A stretch of DNA of 64,000 nt from an uncultured bacterium (GCA_965370805.1 CBDUVZ010000001.1:7250-71249); one strand, 5' to 3'; shown: positions 17,696-26,846, counted from the first letter of the stretch. A program made the numbers and translations. Notes: generated by a model from the sequence alone, not told the origin.

Positions 17696-18135
17696 GTTTC
17701 TGCCGGCCCGCTGCCGGTTTCCTGTTCGTTGTCGGTCGCGGCGGGCCGATCGTCGGCTGCCTGCTTCTTGACCACCACGCGGATGCCGCGACGCTCACGC
17801 TGGATGCCGCGGAAGTCGGCGTGGTTGTGCTCGAACGAGCCGATTACGGTCACCGGACTGGTAGTCACGGGCGTCTCGTCCGTACTCTTCGGCGTCGGGC
17901 CGAAGAAAAGGCACAAGTCCGGTCCGTCGGGCCAGTAGGCGATGTCGCCGACTTTGACTTCTTCCACCGGCTCGGTGTTCTCAGACTGCAGCTTGACCGG
18001 GAAGTAGACTTCCTCTCCCCAGGTTTCGCCGTGAGACTCGAACGGCAGGAGTTGCCAGATACTTTCGGCCAGCGCCGAGTCAAGAAGGGTTCCGGTCAGT
18101 TTGACTCCGCCGACATCCATCCGAATTGATTTCAC
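17686..18135 (-). CDS. Cyclophilin-like fold protein (PF04126-type) with an acidic C-terminal tail
   Basis: Motif GDIAYWPDGPDLCLFFG. The last 3 codons overlap the 5' end of the tRNA-Ala call. Confidence 0.55.
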   Translation of the reverse strand: MKSIRMDVGGVKLTGTLLDSALAESIWQLLPFESHGETWGEEVYFPVKLQSENTEPVEEVKVGDIAYWPDGPDLCLFFGPTPKSTDETPVTTSPVTVIGSFEHNHADFRGIQRERRGIRVVVKKQAADDRPAATDNEQETGSGPAETGQ

Positions 18136-18197
18136 GTGCAGGAGTCTAGAAGAGCCGGGAGGAATGTCAAGAAGACGGACAGGGACCGGGATGACGG

Positions 18198-18662
18198 CTA
18201 TTCTTCGTCCTGGATGAGTTCCAGAACGATATCCTGTTGCTTGAGGCGTTCGCGAAGGGGCTTGGTTATTGCTTCGGTGCGGAATTCCTTCCAGCGGCTG
18301 AACTCGGCCCGGTCGTCGTTCAGCGCTGTCCGGAAGCTCGAGAAGGGATGCTCATCTTTGAGCGCGGCCTCGAGCCGGGTGCGCAGTTCCGACCGGCTCA
18401 CCGTCTCAATGAACTCCTGCATTGCCTGGTAGCCACGGCGGCCTGACAGCGGCGCCAACCGGATATAGCGCTCGTGCTCGGCTTTCGCCTGCTCGACAAC
18501 GCGATTGCGGTTCCACGCGAGTACCGGTATTACGTCGCCGGTTTCAGCGTCGAGGTAATGATTGGTTCCCGGCAGGTGGCTGTCCAGAACGAAGAACAGG
18601 TCCCAGGCCGACACCCTGATAGTGCGCACCGGTGATTGTAGCTCTGATGGTTGCGCCGTCAA
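18198..18662 (-). CDS. Hypothetical protein (154 aa)
   Basis: ORF with coding-like composition. No recognisable family. Confidence 0.4.
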   Translation of the reverse strand: MTAQPSELQSPVRTIRVSAWDLFFVLDSHLPGTNHYLDAETGDVIPVLAWNRNRVVEQAKAEHERYIRLAPLSGRRGYQAMQEFIETVSRSELRTRLEAALKDEHPFSSFRTALNDDRAEFSRWKEFRTEAITKPLRERLKQQDIVLELIQDEE

Positions 18663-18674
18663 CTGCCGGGATTC

Positions 18675-19775
18675 CTAGTCCCAGTCAAACACGTCGCCGG
18701 GATAGAATCGGAAGATATCGTCCCGCAGTTCAAGCCAGCCGCTGACGTTCCCGGAGGTGTAGCGACAGACCGGGCCGCACAGGCGTTGCGCCTGGTCTGT
18801 CACCGGCAGCAGCCGCCATTCGCCGTCCTGGAGTGCGGCGAAGCTCTTCGAAGGCCCGGCAGGGCGGGACCCGGGCACGAAATAGCCGTAGCCGACTAGG
18901 GTATCACCGACATTGAACAACGTCAGTTTGCCGGCGGGCAGGACCTGTTTCTTGGTGAACCATTCCTGCCAGGGGAACGGGTTGGTCGTGAGAGCGAATG
19001 AATCCGGACCGGACTGGTACAGGGCCGCATAGATGCTCGGACGCAGTTCGGTGTAGACCGCGGTGAGCACCGGCAGTTCATCGGGGTAGTCTTCCAGCCG
19101 CGAACTGCCGAGGAGGTTGACGGTCATGCCTGCTCCCCAGTCAATGCCGGCGAGGTATTCGGACACGGGGTCAAGGCCGGAATCGGTCGCCCGGTAGACT
19201 CTCAGCAAACGGGTGGTCAGCAGTGAGTCGACCGGCGACAGCTCAAGGGTGATGATTTCGGTGGATGAGTCGCCGTCGATGTCGCAGGCGACCGCGGCAG
19301 TGACCCAGGCGCCGGACAGGTCGAAGGTCTCGTCATGGATGGAATCCGGGCCGAAGTGGACGACCCGGCAGGAGTCAGCGGTGAACAGGAGGAGTTCGGA
19401 AAGGCCGTCGGAGTCGATATCGCCCGAAGTCCAGGCATGCCCGGCGAGTCCGGCATCGGGAGTCGTGAACCCCAGGAGCGGCGGGCTCTGCCAGACCGCC
19501 CGGAACTCGTCGGCTTCGAACCGGAGCAATGCAACCCGGCAGATTCCGGCGCGGGCCTTTCCCGAACCCGGCCTGGACGGCAACCGGAGCGAGCCGAGGT
19601 CTTGAACCACGAGCAGGTCGTCGATGTCGGACGTGACGAACCGTCCGGAGTGGATGGAAACGACGTCGGGCAGGGGAGAGCGACCCAGCATCGAGGGTCG
19701 GTGCTCTGCGGTCTGAGCCGGTGCGATTGCAGCGGCAGTGAAGAGCAGGACGACCAGGGCCGCGGTCCGTTTCAT
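18675..19775 (-). CDS. Secreted protein with FG-GAP/VCBS-like DxDGDG repeats
   Basis: Signal peptide MKRTAALVVLLFTAAAIAPAQ. Motifs SGDIDSDGLSELLL and CDIDGDSSTEII. A leaderless-type promoter lies upstream. Confidence 0.5.
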   Translation of the reverse strand: MKRTAALVVLLFTAAAIAPAQTAEHRPSMLGRSPLPDVVSIHSGRFVTSDIDDLLVVQDLGSLRLPSRPGSGKARAGICRVALLRFEADEFRAVWQSPPLLGFTTPDAGLAGHAWTSGDIDSDGLSELLLFTADSCRVVHFGPDSIHDETFDLSGAWVTAAVACDIDGDSSTEIITLELSPVDSLLTTRLLRVYRATDSGLDPVSEYLAGIDWGAGMTVNLLGSSRLEDYPDELPVLTAVYTELRPSIYAALYQSGPDSFALTTNPFPWQEWFTKKQVLPAGKLTLFNVGDTLVGYGYFVPGSRPAGPSKSFAALQDGEWRLLPVTDQAQRLCGPVCRYTSGNVSGWLELRDDIFRFYPGDVFDWD

Positions 19776-19781
19776 CGGGCA

Positions 19782-19809
19782 AAGATAATGGCAGGAAGCG
19801 GCATGTCAA
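19782..19809 (-). promoter_or_regulatory. Sigma70-like promoter, reverse strand: TTGACA, 16-nt spacer, TATCTT, then 6 nt to the ATG (leaderless-type)
   Basis: Direct reading. The conserved upstream motif lies at 19824-19855. Confidence 0.5.
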
Positions 19810-19823
19810 TTCCGGGCATTAGC

Positions 19824-19855
19824 CCGAAAACCGACATAGAAATCTTACCACAAAG
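19824..19855 (-). promoter_or_regulatory. Conserved 32-nt upstream motif, copy B (reverse strand CTTTGTGGTAAGATTTCTATGTCGGTTTTCGG) lying 14 nt 5' of the -35 box
   Basis: See copy A. Confidence 0.5.
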
Positions 19856-20103
19856 GCACGAAGAGCACGAAGCCGCAATGTGCCTTACGCTTGACGCAAG
19901 ATGCACAGCGCCGGGCAGAAAGAGGGGCAGGTCTGATACCGTCGGTTTTCATACCCCGGCGGAGGATGTCAGGCAGAAAGCGCCCCGCTTCTGTGTGCGG
20001 CTTTCCGGTATTCGGGATCGCTGGCCAGGGTCGGTTCAGCCAAATGCCCACACGTGAACGGGCTGTGTCGTTCTTGGCAGGAACTATTAGTATATTCAAG
20101 TCA

Positions 20104-20167
20104 AGTATTATGAAACTTAATACTAAGCGAACCTGTTCCTTGACATCTGTGTCTAAAGGGGTAGAAT
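20104..20167 (+). promoter_or_regulatory. AT-rich island containing a perfect palindrome AGTATTA-tgaaact-TAATACT (20104-20124) and a sigma70-like promoter with TTGACA (20140-20145), a 16-nt spacer and TAGAAT (20162-20167)
   Basis: Direct reading. AT-richness is conspicuous in a 65 % GC context. Confidence 0.5.
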
Positions 20168-20174
20168 GGAGATG

Positions 20175-20675
20175 ATGAATACGAACTTCAAGAAAGTTAA
20201 GGCCAGAGCGGTCAGTGAGTCAACTTCTACGAGAGCATTATTAGTGGTTTCTGATGCGCGCAGTCGCGCAAGGGAGGATCTGATGAGCAGTAATGGCAAT
20301 GTGGGACTGATGCTCGGTCTGGTTGCGCTGGCTGGCGTTCTGTCTGTTGCGTGTGCCGGTACGGCAGTTGTCGGGGCGGAACAGGGCCTGATGCCTGAGG
20401 TAGAGGTTGTCGCTCGCGTGCCTGAGCACCTTCGCGGCGTGATGCCTGAGGTAGTGGTAGTTGCTCCAGGTCCCGAGAGGGTACTGGATGAAGTGGCTGT
20501 TGTGGCGGAAGTCCCCGAGCTTCTCCGGGGAGTCATGCCCGAGGTTGCTGTGATTGCTGAAGCCCCGGGCTATCGACCCGGCCTGATGCTGGGAGTGGCG
20601 GCACGCGGTGGTGCGGTTATTTCACTGCATGCTGTCCTGGCCGGCGACCAGCCGAGTGACGGCGGCGTGAACTAG
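20175..20675 (+). CDS. Repeat-containing membrane/secreted protein carrying RGVMPEVxVVA repeats
   Basis: ATG at 20175 lies 7 nt after the -10 hexamer (leaderless geometry). The alternative start at 20283 has a strong GGGAGG RBS and gives a signal-peptide N-terminus MSSNGNVGLMLGLVALAGVLSVACAG. Four RGVMPEV repeats. Confidence 0.45.
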   Translation: MNTNFKKVKARAVSESTSTRALLVVSDARSRAREDLMSSNGNVGLMLGLVALAGVLSVACAGTAVVGAEQGLMPEVEVVARVPEHLRGVMPEVVVVAPGPERVLDEVAVVAEVPELLRGVMPEVAVIAEAPGYRPGLMLGVAARGGAVISLHAVLAGDQPSDGGVN

Positions 20676-20685
20676 GAGGCAGAAG

Positions 20686-21060
20686 ATGAAGCACAATGAG
20701 ATACTTGCCCGGTGCCCGGTGTGCGAATCGAAGATGGTCATCTCCGAATTGAAGTGCGAGTCATGCGGAACTTCGGTGCAGGGGCGGTTTGACATACCGG
20801 TCCTGTGCCAGTTGCCGCGTGACCTGTACGAGTTCCTGCTGGTGTTTGTGCGGAGCCGCGGGGTAATCCGCGAGGTCGAACGGGAGTTGGGGATTTCGTA
20901 TCCCACGGTTCGGGCCAGGCTCGATTCGGTAATCGCGGCGCTCGGGTTCGGTGACCGGGTTCCGGACGTGGACCGTGACCATATCATTGAGATGCTGGAG
21001 CAGGGCGAGATTTCACCGGAAGAAGCCGAGAAGATGCTTCGGGGCGAAGAAGAGGAGTAG
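20686..21060 (+). CDS. DUF2089-family protein with a zinc ribbon and an HTH
   Basis: CPVC...CESCG zinc ribbon followed by a helix-turn-helix (LGISYPTVRARL). Confidence 0.65.
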   Translation: MKHNEILARCPVCESKMVISELKCESCGTSVQGRFDIPVLCQLPRDLYEFLLVFVRSRGVIREVERELGISYPTVRARLDSVIAALGFGDRVPDVDRDHIIEMLEQGEISPEEAEKMLRGEEEE

Positions 21061-21069
21061 GAGGACGAG

Positions 21070-21966
21070 ATGAGCGAAGAAAGAGAAAGGGTCCTGGGGA
21101 TGCTTGAGGAAGGGAAGATAACCGCGGACCAGGCGGCTCGCCTGCTCGAGGCGCTAAAATCCGGGCGGCCGCATCCGGCAGCAAGCCGGAGCAGGCACTT
21201 CCACCGGCGCGTCGCACGGCTGTCCGTGAGTGAGCTGGACCGGATTCCGGATATCGTGGCGAGCGCGGTTTCGTCGGCGGTGAAGTCCGGACACTGGCCC
21301 CGAGGCGGCGAAATCAAGACCGAATTCCCGGGAAAGAGCAGTCTGTACCTGAAGAACGTCAGCGGTGACATCGAGGTTGAAGCCTGGGACGGCGATGGTA
21401 TCAAGCTCGAGAGTGTGGGCCGGATGACCAGGATTCGCGAGCGGGACGAACGGGTGATGATCCGTTCCATCTCCGGAGACATTCAGGCCAAGGTCCCGCA
21501 CGAAGTCAGGCTGGAACTGACGTCCGTGTCCGGTGACGTCGAAGTGGCCGGCACGAACGGCAGGCTCGGGCTCAGGAGTGTCTCCGGTGACGTTGACCTG
21601 ACGGACCTGACCGGTGAACTGAAGGCGGATATTGTGTCCGGAGAACTGAAACTGGTTCGGTTCCAGGGAAACCTCGAAGTTGAGAGCAAGTCGGGCGATA
21701 TCGAACTGGAACCGGTGGGTGAGTTCTCAGGAAAGGTGAGCAGCAAGTCCGGTGATATCGAGCTCCGGCTCAGGCCGGATGCGGATGTGGTGCTGGACAT
21801 GGAGTGTGAGGAGGACGGTGAAGTGTCGGTCGATCTCGGTTTTCCGTACGAGTCGCTTGAGGAGGGCGAAAGGTTCCTGAAGTTGAAGCTCGGGAACGGC
21901 AGCCGGATTCTCAGGCTGAAGACCCGCAAGGCGGACATCACGGTGAGCGAGGCAAAGGAGGAATAG
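21070..21966 (+). CDS. YvlB/LiaX-like protein with an N-terminal helical KITADQAARLLEAL domain and a C-terminal DUF4097 beta-strand repeat (putative adhesin) domain
   Basis: N-terminal EERERVLGMLEEGKITADQAARLLEAL. Repeated SGDIEV/SGDVEV/SGDIEL beta-strand units typical of DUF4097. Confidence 0.65.
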   Translation: MSEERERVLGMLEEGKITADQAARLLEALKSGRPHPAASRSRHFHRRVARLSVSELDRIPDIVASAVSSAVKSGHWPRGGEIKTEFPGKSSLYLKNVSGDIEVEAWDGDGIKLESVGRMTRIRERDERVMIRSISGDIQAKVPHEVRLELTSVSGDVEVAGTNGRLGLRSVSGDVDLTDLTGELKADIVSGELKLVRFQGNLEVESKSGDIELEPVGEFSGKVSSKSGDIELRLRPDADVVLDMECEEDGEVSVDLGFPYESLEEGERFLKLKLGNGSRILRLKTRKADITVSEAKEE

Positions 21967-22155
21967 ATGATACGCGGCATACTCTGGGGAGTAATCATTA
22001 TCGCTATCGGCCTGTGGGTCTGGCTGGCCAACCTGGGCGTGATAACGTCCGGAATTGTGTTCAGCCGTGACTGGCCGGTCATTATCATCGTCGTCGGCGC
22101 GATGACGGTTGCCGAGGGTATTTCCCGGTACGTTCGTCGGCGGGGGCGGAGATGA
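21967..22155 (+). CDS. Small membrane protein (LiaF/PspC-associated-type TM hairpin), paralog of the next gene
   Basis: 62 aa with two TM helices and a C-terminal RRRGRR. Translationally coupled (stop overlaps the next start). Confidence 0.5.
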   Translation: MIRGILWGVIIIAIGLWVWLANLGVITSGIVFSRDWPVIIIVVGAMTVAEGISRYVRRRGRR

Positions 22156-22412
22156 GGCGGCTCCGTTGGGGAATTGCAGTCCTGGTTCTGGGGTTGTGGA
22201 TATGGCTGTCAGCCTTGGGCGTACCCTACATATCGTTCAGCAGGAACTGGCCCCTGTTGCTGGTTGCGTTCGGCATCTTCGTCATTGTGCGCCGGGTGAG
22301 GAAGTCCGTGCGCCGGCGCCGGCGCAACGCCCGGGTTATCATCACTGATCTTGAAAGCGGCAGGGTGGACGTCGAGGAAGCAATCAGTGAAATCAAAGGG
22401 AGGAACGGATGA
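22152..22412 (+). CDS. Small membrane protein, paralog of 21967..22155
   Basis: Same GLWxWLxxLGV...SRxWPxxxxxxG pattern. C-terminal basic tail. Confidence 0.5.
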   Translation: MRRLRWGIAVLVLGLWIWLSALGVPYISFSRNWPLLLVAFGIFVIVRRVRKSVRRRRRNARVIITDLESGRVDVEEAISEIKGRNG

Positions 22413-22768
22413 GCGACGAGAAAGCGAGAATCCTCAAGATGCTGGAGGAGAAGAAGATCACCGCGGACGAAGCGGCGCGGCTGCTGGATGCCATGTCGGA
22501 AGCCGGGACCGAGGAGTACCAGAACCGGTTCCTGAAGGTCAAAGTGTGGGAAGGCGGCTCGGACAAGGCGAAGGTGAACATAACCCTGCCGATTTCGCTG
22601 GTGAGGATGGGGTTGAAGATGGCATCCGAGCACGACAAGGCGAAGATTGCCGGTGCAGATGTTGACCTCAGACAGGTGTCCGAAGCTCTCGACCGAGGAA
22701 TCACCGGCAAGATTATCGAGGTGGATGATGACGAGAGCGGCAAGCACGTGGAGGTGTGGCTGGAGTGA
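22409..22768 (+). CDS. Protein with a LiaX/YvlB N-terminal-like helical domain (KITADEAARLLDAM) plus a short C-terminal domain
   Basis: N-terminal EKARILKMLEEKKITADEAARLLDAM is a near-duplicate of the N-terminus of 21070..21966. Confidence 0.5.
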   Translation: MSDEKARILKMLEEKKITADEAARLLDAMSEAGTEEYQNRFLKVKVWEGGSDKAKVNITLPISLVRMGLKMASEHDKAKIAGADVDLRQVSEALDRGITGKIIEVDDDESGKHVEVWLE

Positions 22769-22823
22769 GGGCAGCGTACCCTTGACAGGGTAACGGCCGA
22801 GTCTATACTGGGCGCAACTTCTC

Positions 22824-23750
22824 ATGTCAGTAGTTGCGCCCTTGCTTGTCAATGCGGCCCGGTGCCGGGCCGGTGTTCTTGTGGTCCTCGGACTGATCGC
22901 TCTGCACGGCTGGTCCGAGTGCGGCACACTGGAGGTGAACGGCCGGAGCTACTCCTGGGACGTGGTCGGTCGATTCGTGATGCCCGGGGAGACGCTGCAC
23001 CTGGTTGTTCCCGGAGGCGGGGCCGGCTGGGCGGCATCCGATGGCGAACTGTGCGGCGCGGGTCCTGATCGGGCCGACTGGATAGCCCCGGCCGAGGCCG
23101 GACTGTGCCCGATTACGGTGACCGGCAGGGATGGGGTCACACTCGTCAATGCGTTCGTGATGGTTCCAATCGACAGCGTGAAAGACGGGATACTCAACGG
23201 GTATGAGATCGGCCGGTATCCTGATACCAGCCACTTCCCGGACTTCGACGTGCCGCGGGGTTTCATCGAAGTGACACCGGAGAATATCGATACGCCCCTT
23301 TCGCCCAGGCATACGCTCCGGGAGTTCGTGTCGCGGCAGTCGTGGGACTGGCCGAGGTACCTGGTGCTGCGGGAAAACCTGGTATACAAGCTGGAGCTTC
23401 TGACCGATATCGTCGTGGCCAAAGGGCATCCCTGCGAACGGCTCACGGTGTTCAGCGGGTTCCGGACCCCGGCGGTCCAGAACCGCCGGGGCTCGCCGCA
23501 CAGCGCCCATATTTACGGCGGCGCGGCGGACCTGTACGTTGACGCGGACAGCAACGGTATCATGGACGACCTGAACGGCGATAGCTGCGTGAGTCTGGCT
23601 GACGCCCGGCTCCTGGCCGGCTATGTTGACGAACTTGAACAGGCGCACCCGGAACTGGTCGGCGGCTGTGGTTGGTATCGGGGCAGCAGGCACCTCGGGC
23701 CGTTTATCCAGACCGACGTCCGGGGAGAACGAACTCGGTGGCCACGATGA
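22824..23750 (+). CDS. Peptidase M15-family (D-Ala-D-Ala carboxypeptidase / DUF882-like) zinc peptidase, secreted
   Basis: Motif SAHIYGGAADLYVD (HxxGxAxD) and a signal-anchor N-terminus. Confidence 0.6.
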   Translation: MSVVAPLLVNAARCRAGVLVVLGLIALHGWSECGTLEVNGRSYSWDVVGRFVMPGETLHLVVPGGGAGWAASDGELCGAGPDRADWIAPAEAGLCPITVTGRDGVTLVNAFVMVPIDSVKDGILNGYEIGRYPDTSHFPDFDVPRGFIEVTPENIDTPLSPRHTLREFVSRQSWDWPRYLVLRENLVYKLELLTDIVVAKGHPCERLTVFSGFRTPAVQNRRGSPHSAHIYGGAADLYVDADSNGIMDDLNGDSCVSLADARLLAGYVDELEQAHPELVGGCGWYRGSRHLGPFIQTDVRGERTRWPR

Positions 23751-24433
23751 AGCTCACCTGGCTGCAGGCGGGCGGCGTTATCATCCTGGCGGTGCTTGCG
23801 TTCGGCTGGGCTGAGTTGTACCTGCCGCTGGGCGAGAGCTTCCGGGTGGATGTGTTCGAGCTTGCCACCCGACTGCGGCAGGCGAGAGGCGATATCGCCT
23901 GGCTTCGGGGCAACAATCCCCGGCTGCGGACGGAGATCGACGAACTGAGCCTGGCAGTTGCCGAACTGGGGGACAAGTTCGCCAGCGCGTTCTCGGATGA
24001 CCTGTACCTGGCAATCAATGCCGCCGCAAACCGGCTCTATCTTCGGCGAGGCCGGAAGGTAATCCGCGAAGCGGTCATCTCGACCGGGAGTGACGACACG
24101 CTGAAGCAGGGAGGCAGGAAATTCATATTCGATACCCCGCGCGGAATCATGACCGTCTGGCGTAAGAAAAAGGACCCGGTCTGGATCAAGCCGGACTGGG
24201 CTTTCCTCGAGAAAGGCGAATCGATTCCGGATATCGAATCACCGCTGCGGAGGCAGGACGACGTGCTCGGCGCGTACCTGCTGGACCTGGGTGGAGGAGT
24301 GGCGATTCACGGAACCCAGGCTACTTACCTGCTCGGCCGGAGCGTTACTCACGGCTGCATCAGGGTCGGCCGGGATGACCTGAAGGTGCTCTGGGATTCG
24401 GTGCCGGTGAAAACCAAGGTCTACATCTACTGA
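23747..24433 (+). CDS. L,D-transpeptidase (YkuD domain)
   Basis: Start at MKLTWLQAGGVIILAVLAF (ATGA overlap with the upstream gene). Catalytic motif IHGTQATYLLGRSVTHGCIRV. Confidence 0.75.
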   Translation: MKLTWLQAGGVIILAVLAFGWAELYLPLGESFRVDVFELATRLRQARGDIAWLRGNNPRLRTEIDELSLAVAELGDKFASAFSDDLYLAINAAANRLYLRRGRKVIREAVISTGSDDTLKQGGRKFIFDTPRGIMTVWRKKKDPVWIKPDWAFLEKGESIPDIESPLRRQDDVLGAYLLDLGGGVAIHGTQATYLLGRSVTHGCIRVGRDDLKVLWDSVPVKTKVYIY

Positions 24434-25083
24434 TGGACAGGTACAACCGCGTGCTTTCGATTGTGGCCGTAGTCGCGGCCGCGCTGGCGTTTGCCCGGCT
24501 GACGGATGCATTCGGGAAGCGGGAGCTTGTCCGGGTTGCCCACGAGCTCGATTCCGAGCTGGCCGTGGTTGACGGGCAATACCGGCAGCTCATCGCCGAG
24601 GCGGACCGCCTGGACCAGGATGAGCGGCTGCTCTGCCAGCGGATTGCGTTCATGTCCAAGCGGGAGCATTACCTGGTCATCAGCCGTCGTCGTCGTCGGC
24701 TGCAACTGCTGCTCGGGGACAAGGAGATGCTCGAGGTGAAGTACAAGCTGCGCGGGCCGGCTGACGGTGTCAGCGGGTTCGGGTCCCTTCCCAAAGCGAC
24801 GCTCGAGGTTCTTGGCGTCGAGACCCGGACCAGTTGGCATCGGCCCGACTGGCTGTACCGCCTGGAGGGAATCGATCCACCGGCGGACTCGTTCCGGCGG
24901 CTGGTGCGCGATGCCTTCGGCCCGGGTCAGATCTTCCTGGGCGGCGCGATTGCGATTCACGGCCGGGTCAGGGACCAGGTACCGGCGGAGGCGATTGACC
25001 ACACGTACCTGCAACTCGATGACGCGTCGCTCAAGGCAGTAGTCGGGGCACTCAAACCTGGCGCGCTGGTGTTCATTCAGTAG
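24433..25083 (+). CDS. L,D-transpeptidase-like paralog lacking the catalytic Cys
   Basis: IFLGGAIAIHGRV aligns with the YkuD HG motif but no SHGC follows. Confidence 0.45.
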   Translation: MDRYNRVLSIVAVVAAALAFARLTDAFGKRELVRVAHELDSELAVVDGQYRQLIAEADRLDQDERLLCQRIAFMSKREHYLVISRRRRRLQLLLGDKEMLEVKYKLRGPADGVSGFGSLPKATLEVLGVETRTSWHRPDWLYRLEGIDPPADSFRRLVRDAFGPGQIFLGGAIAIHGRVRDQVPAEAIDHTYLQLDDASLKAVVGALKPGALVFIQ

Positions 25084-25177
25084 CACCGGGCCGGTTGACA
25101 TGCGGGGATTGGTATCATATCCTGCCTGTGGCTTGAGTTCGGTTGCTGTGCTCTGACAATCAGGATTATCAGTCTGC

Positions 25178-25265
<88 letters not shown>

Positions 25266-25274
25266 TTCTTGTTC

Positions 25275-25303
25275 TTGACATCCTTCTGCCTTTGCCCTAT
25301 GCT
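25275..25303 (+). promoter_or_regulatory. Sigma70-like promoter: TTGACA, 17-nt spacer, TATGCT, then 7 nt to ATG 25311 (leaderless-type)
   Basis: Direct reading immediately 3' of tRNA-Ser. Confidence 0.5.
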
Positions 25304-25310
25304 CCGGGCG

Positions 25311-26846
25311 ATGGCTGCGGCTGTGCGAAACGGTATCCTCGGCGTTCTCTCAGCATTGATACTGGTTGCAGTCCTTCCTGAGGCACAGGCAGCCGAGGGG
25401 TTCTACAAGGACGTGTTCATGGACGGCGGACGGTGGCTGACGCACCGGACCCGGTTGTATGCGGCGGAGAGCCTCGGGTTGGAGATGGAGTATCTTGCCG
25501 CGGCCGATTCCATGCTCATGCAGCGAATCATGGTGCGCGGTCCTGATGATGCCAACGGAGGCCTGCTGTATCCGGATGGCGAGCCGCGGTTCCGGGTTGT
25601 CTACACCAATGGCGGCAGAGCGGGGCGGCACGGCACCGCGCTCGGCGACACCGGGCGGCAGCGAATCAGAGATTTCTATCATCACGGTGGCAGCTACACC
25701 GGTTCCTGCGCCGGGGCGTTCATTGCTTCGCTGAGCAGCCAGGATTCCGGAGTCGTCGAGAGCTACTACCACATCTGGCCCGGAAGAACCCGGTGTACGA
25801 ACATGTTCGATGTCCAGACCGGCCATTTCGTCCCGATCAGCTCACCGCTGCTGGACTACTATGACTTCGGGGGAGACGGCTACATCGATAATGTCTATCA
25901 CAACGGCGGGTGCTATGCCAATGAGGTTATCAACTACCCGCCCGGAACCGAAGTCCTGCTCAGGTACGACACCCTCGGATTCCCGGCTCACTGGAAAGCG
26001 AGTTGCTGGGCATACAAGGGGGCGGATACGACCGGCCGCATTGTGCTCGTCGGCTCTCACCCGGAGGGGTACAGCTTTGGTGAGCGGCTGCACCTGATGA
26101 TGGCGATGACGCAGTACGCGCTGGATGGTCAGGGCAGCCCGTACGTCAAGGCTGCGCTGGCGAACGGCGTGACAAGGCACATGGACCGTCCGACCGGAGA
26201 CGACCCGGCGTACGTTATGGTCGGGGACCGGCAGTACCACCATTTCGCGATTGACGTTCATTCCCGGGCGAGCAACCTGACAGTGACTCTGAACGGCAAC
26301 GATTCGTTCGACCTGAACCTGTACTTGAAGCATGAAGACTTCGCGTTCCGCAGCACGGCTGACCATGCCGATACTTCGCTGGGTGCGGACAAAGCCATAC
26401 ATCTAGCTGAGCCGGCGGTCGGAAGATGGTTCGTTGGGGTGGAGTGTGCCACTACGGTCCAGGCTCATCTGCAGGGCGACAGCTTCTACCTGTACTCCGG
26501 CCGGACCGATGTGCTCGACGGGGTTGACTACTCGATAACCGCCAGTTGGAGCCCGGGCGGAGTTGCTGATTGCCCGCCTGTGGTTCGTGACCGCGGATTG
26601 AGCGCGTTCCCCAGTCCGTTCCGAACGGTGTGCGAGATATCGGTTCCTCCGGGAGCCGGGGATATCGAAGTGTACGACATGAGCGGCCGGCAGGTCGCCT
26701 CATCTCGGGACCGGTCGCTTACCCGGACCAGGTCAGGGAACAGGTATCGTTGGCAGCCGGGTGAGTCGGTTGGAGCCGGGGTGTATCTGATCCGGGTCCG
26801 GACCGGCGAAGCGTCGGTCACGAAGCGGGTTGTGTACCTGAGATAG
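25311..26846 (+). CDS. Secreted protein with a class-I glutamine amidotransferase-like (BPL_N-like) domain, a pre-peptidase C-terminal (PPC) domain and a T9SS-type C-terminal sorting domain
   Basis: Signal peptide MAAAVRNGILGVLSALILVAVLPEAQA. PPC-like segment FAIDVHSRASNLTVTLNGNDSFDLNLYL. CTD: FPSPFRTVCEISVP...GVYLIRVRTGEASVTKRVVYLR. Confidence 0.55.
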   Translation: MAAAVRNGILGVLSALILVAVLPEAQAAEGFYKDVFMDGGRWLTHRTRLYAAESLGLEMEYLAAADSMLMQRIMVRGPDDANGGLLYPDGEPRFRVVYTNGGRAGRHGTALGDTGRQRIRDFYHHGGSYTGSCAGAFIASLSSQDSGVVESYYHIWPGRTRCTNMFDVQTGHFVPISSPLLDYYDFGGDGYIDNVYHNGGCYANEVINYPPGTEVLLRYDTLGFPAHWKASCWAYKGADTTGRIVLVGSHPEGYSFGERLHLMMAMTQYALDGQGSPYVKAALANGVTRHMDRPTGDDPAYVMVGDRQYHHFAIDVHSRASNLTVTLNGNDSFDLNLYLKHEDFAFRSTADHADTSLGADKAIHLAEPAVGRWFVGVECATTVQAHLQGDSFYLYSGRTDVLDGVDYSITASWSPGGVADCPPVVRDRGLSAFPSPFRTVCEISVPPGAGDIEVYDMSGRQVASSRDRSLTRTRSGNRYRWQPGESVGAGVYLIRVRTGEASVTKRVVYLR

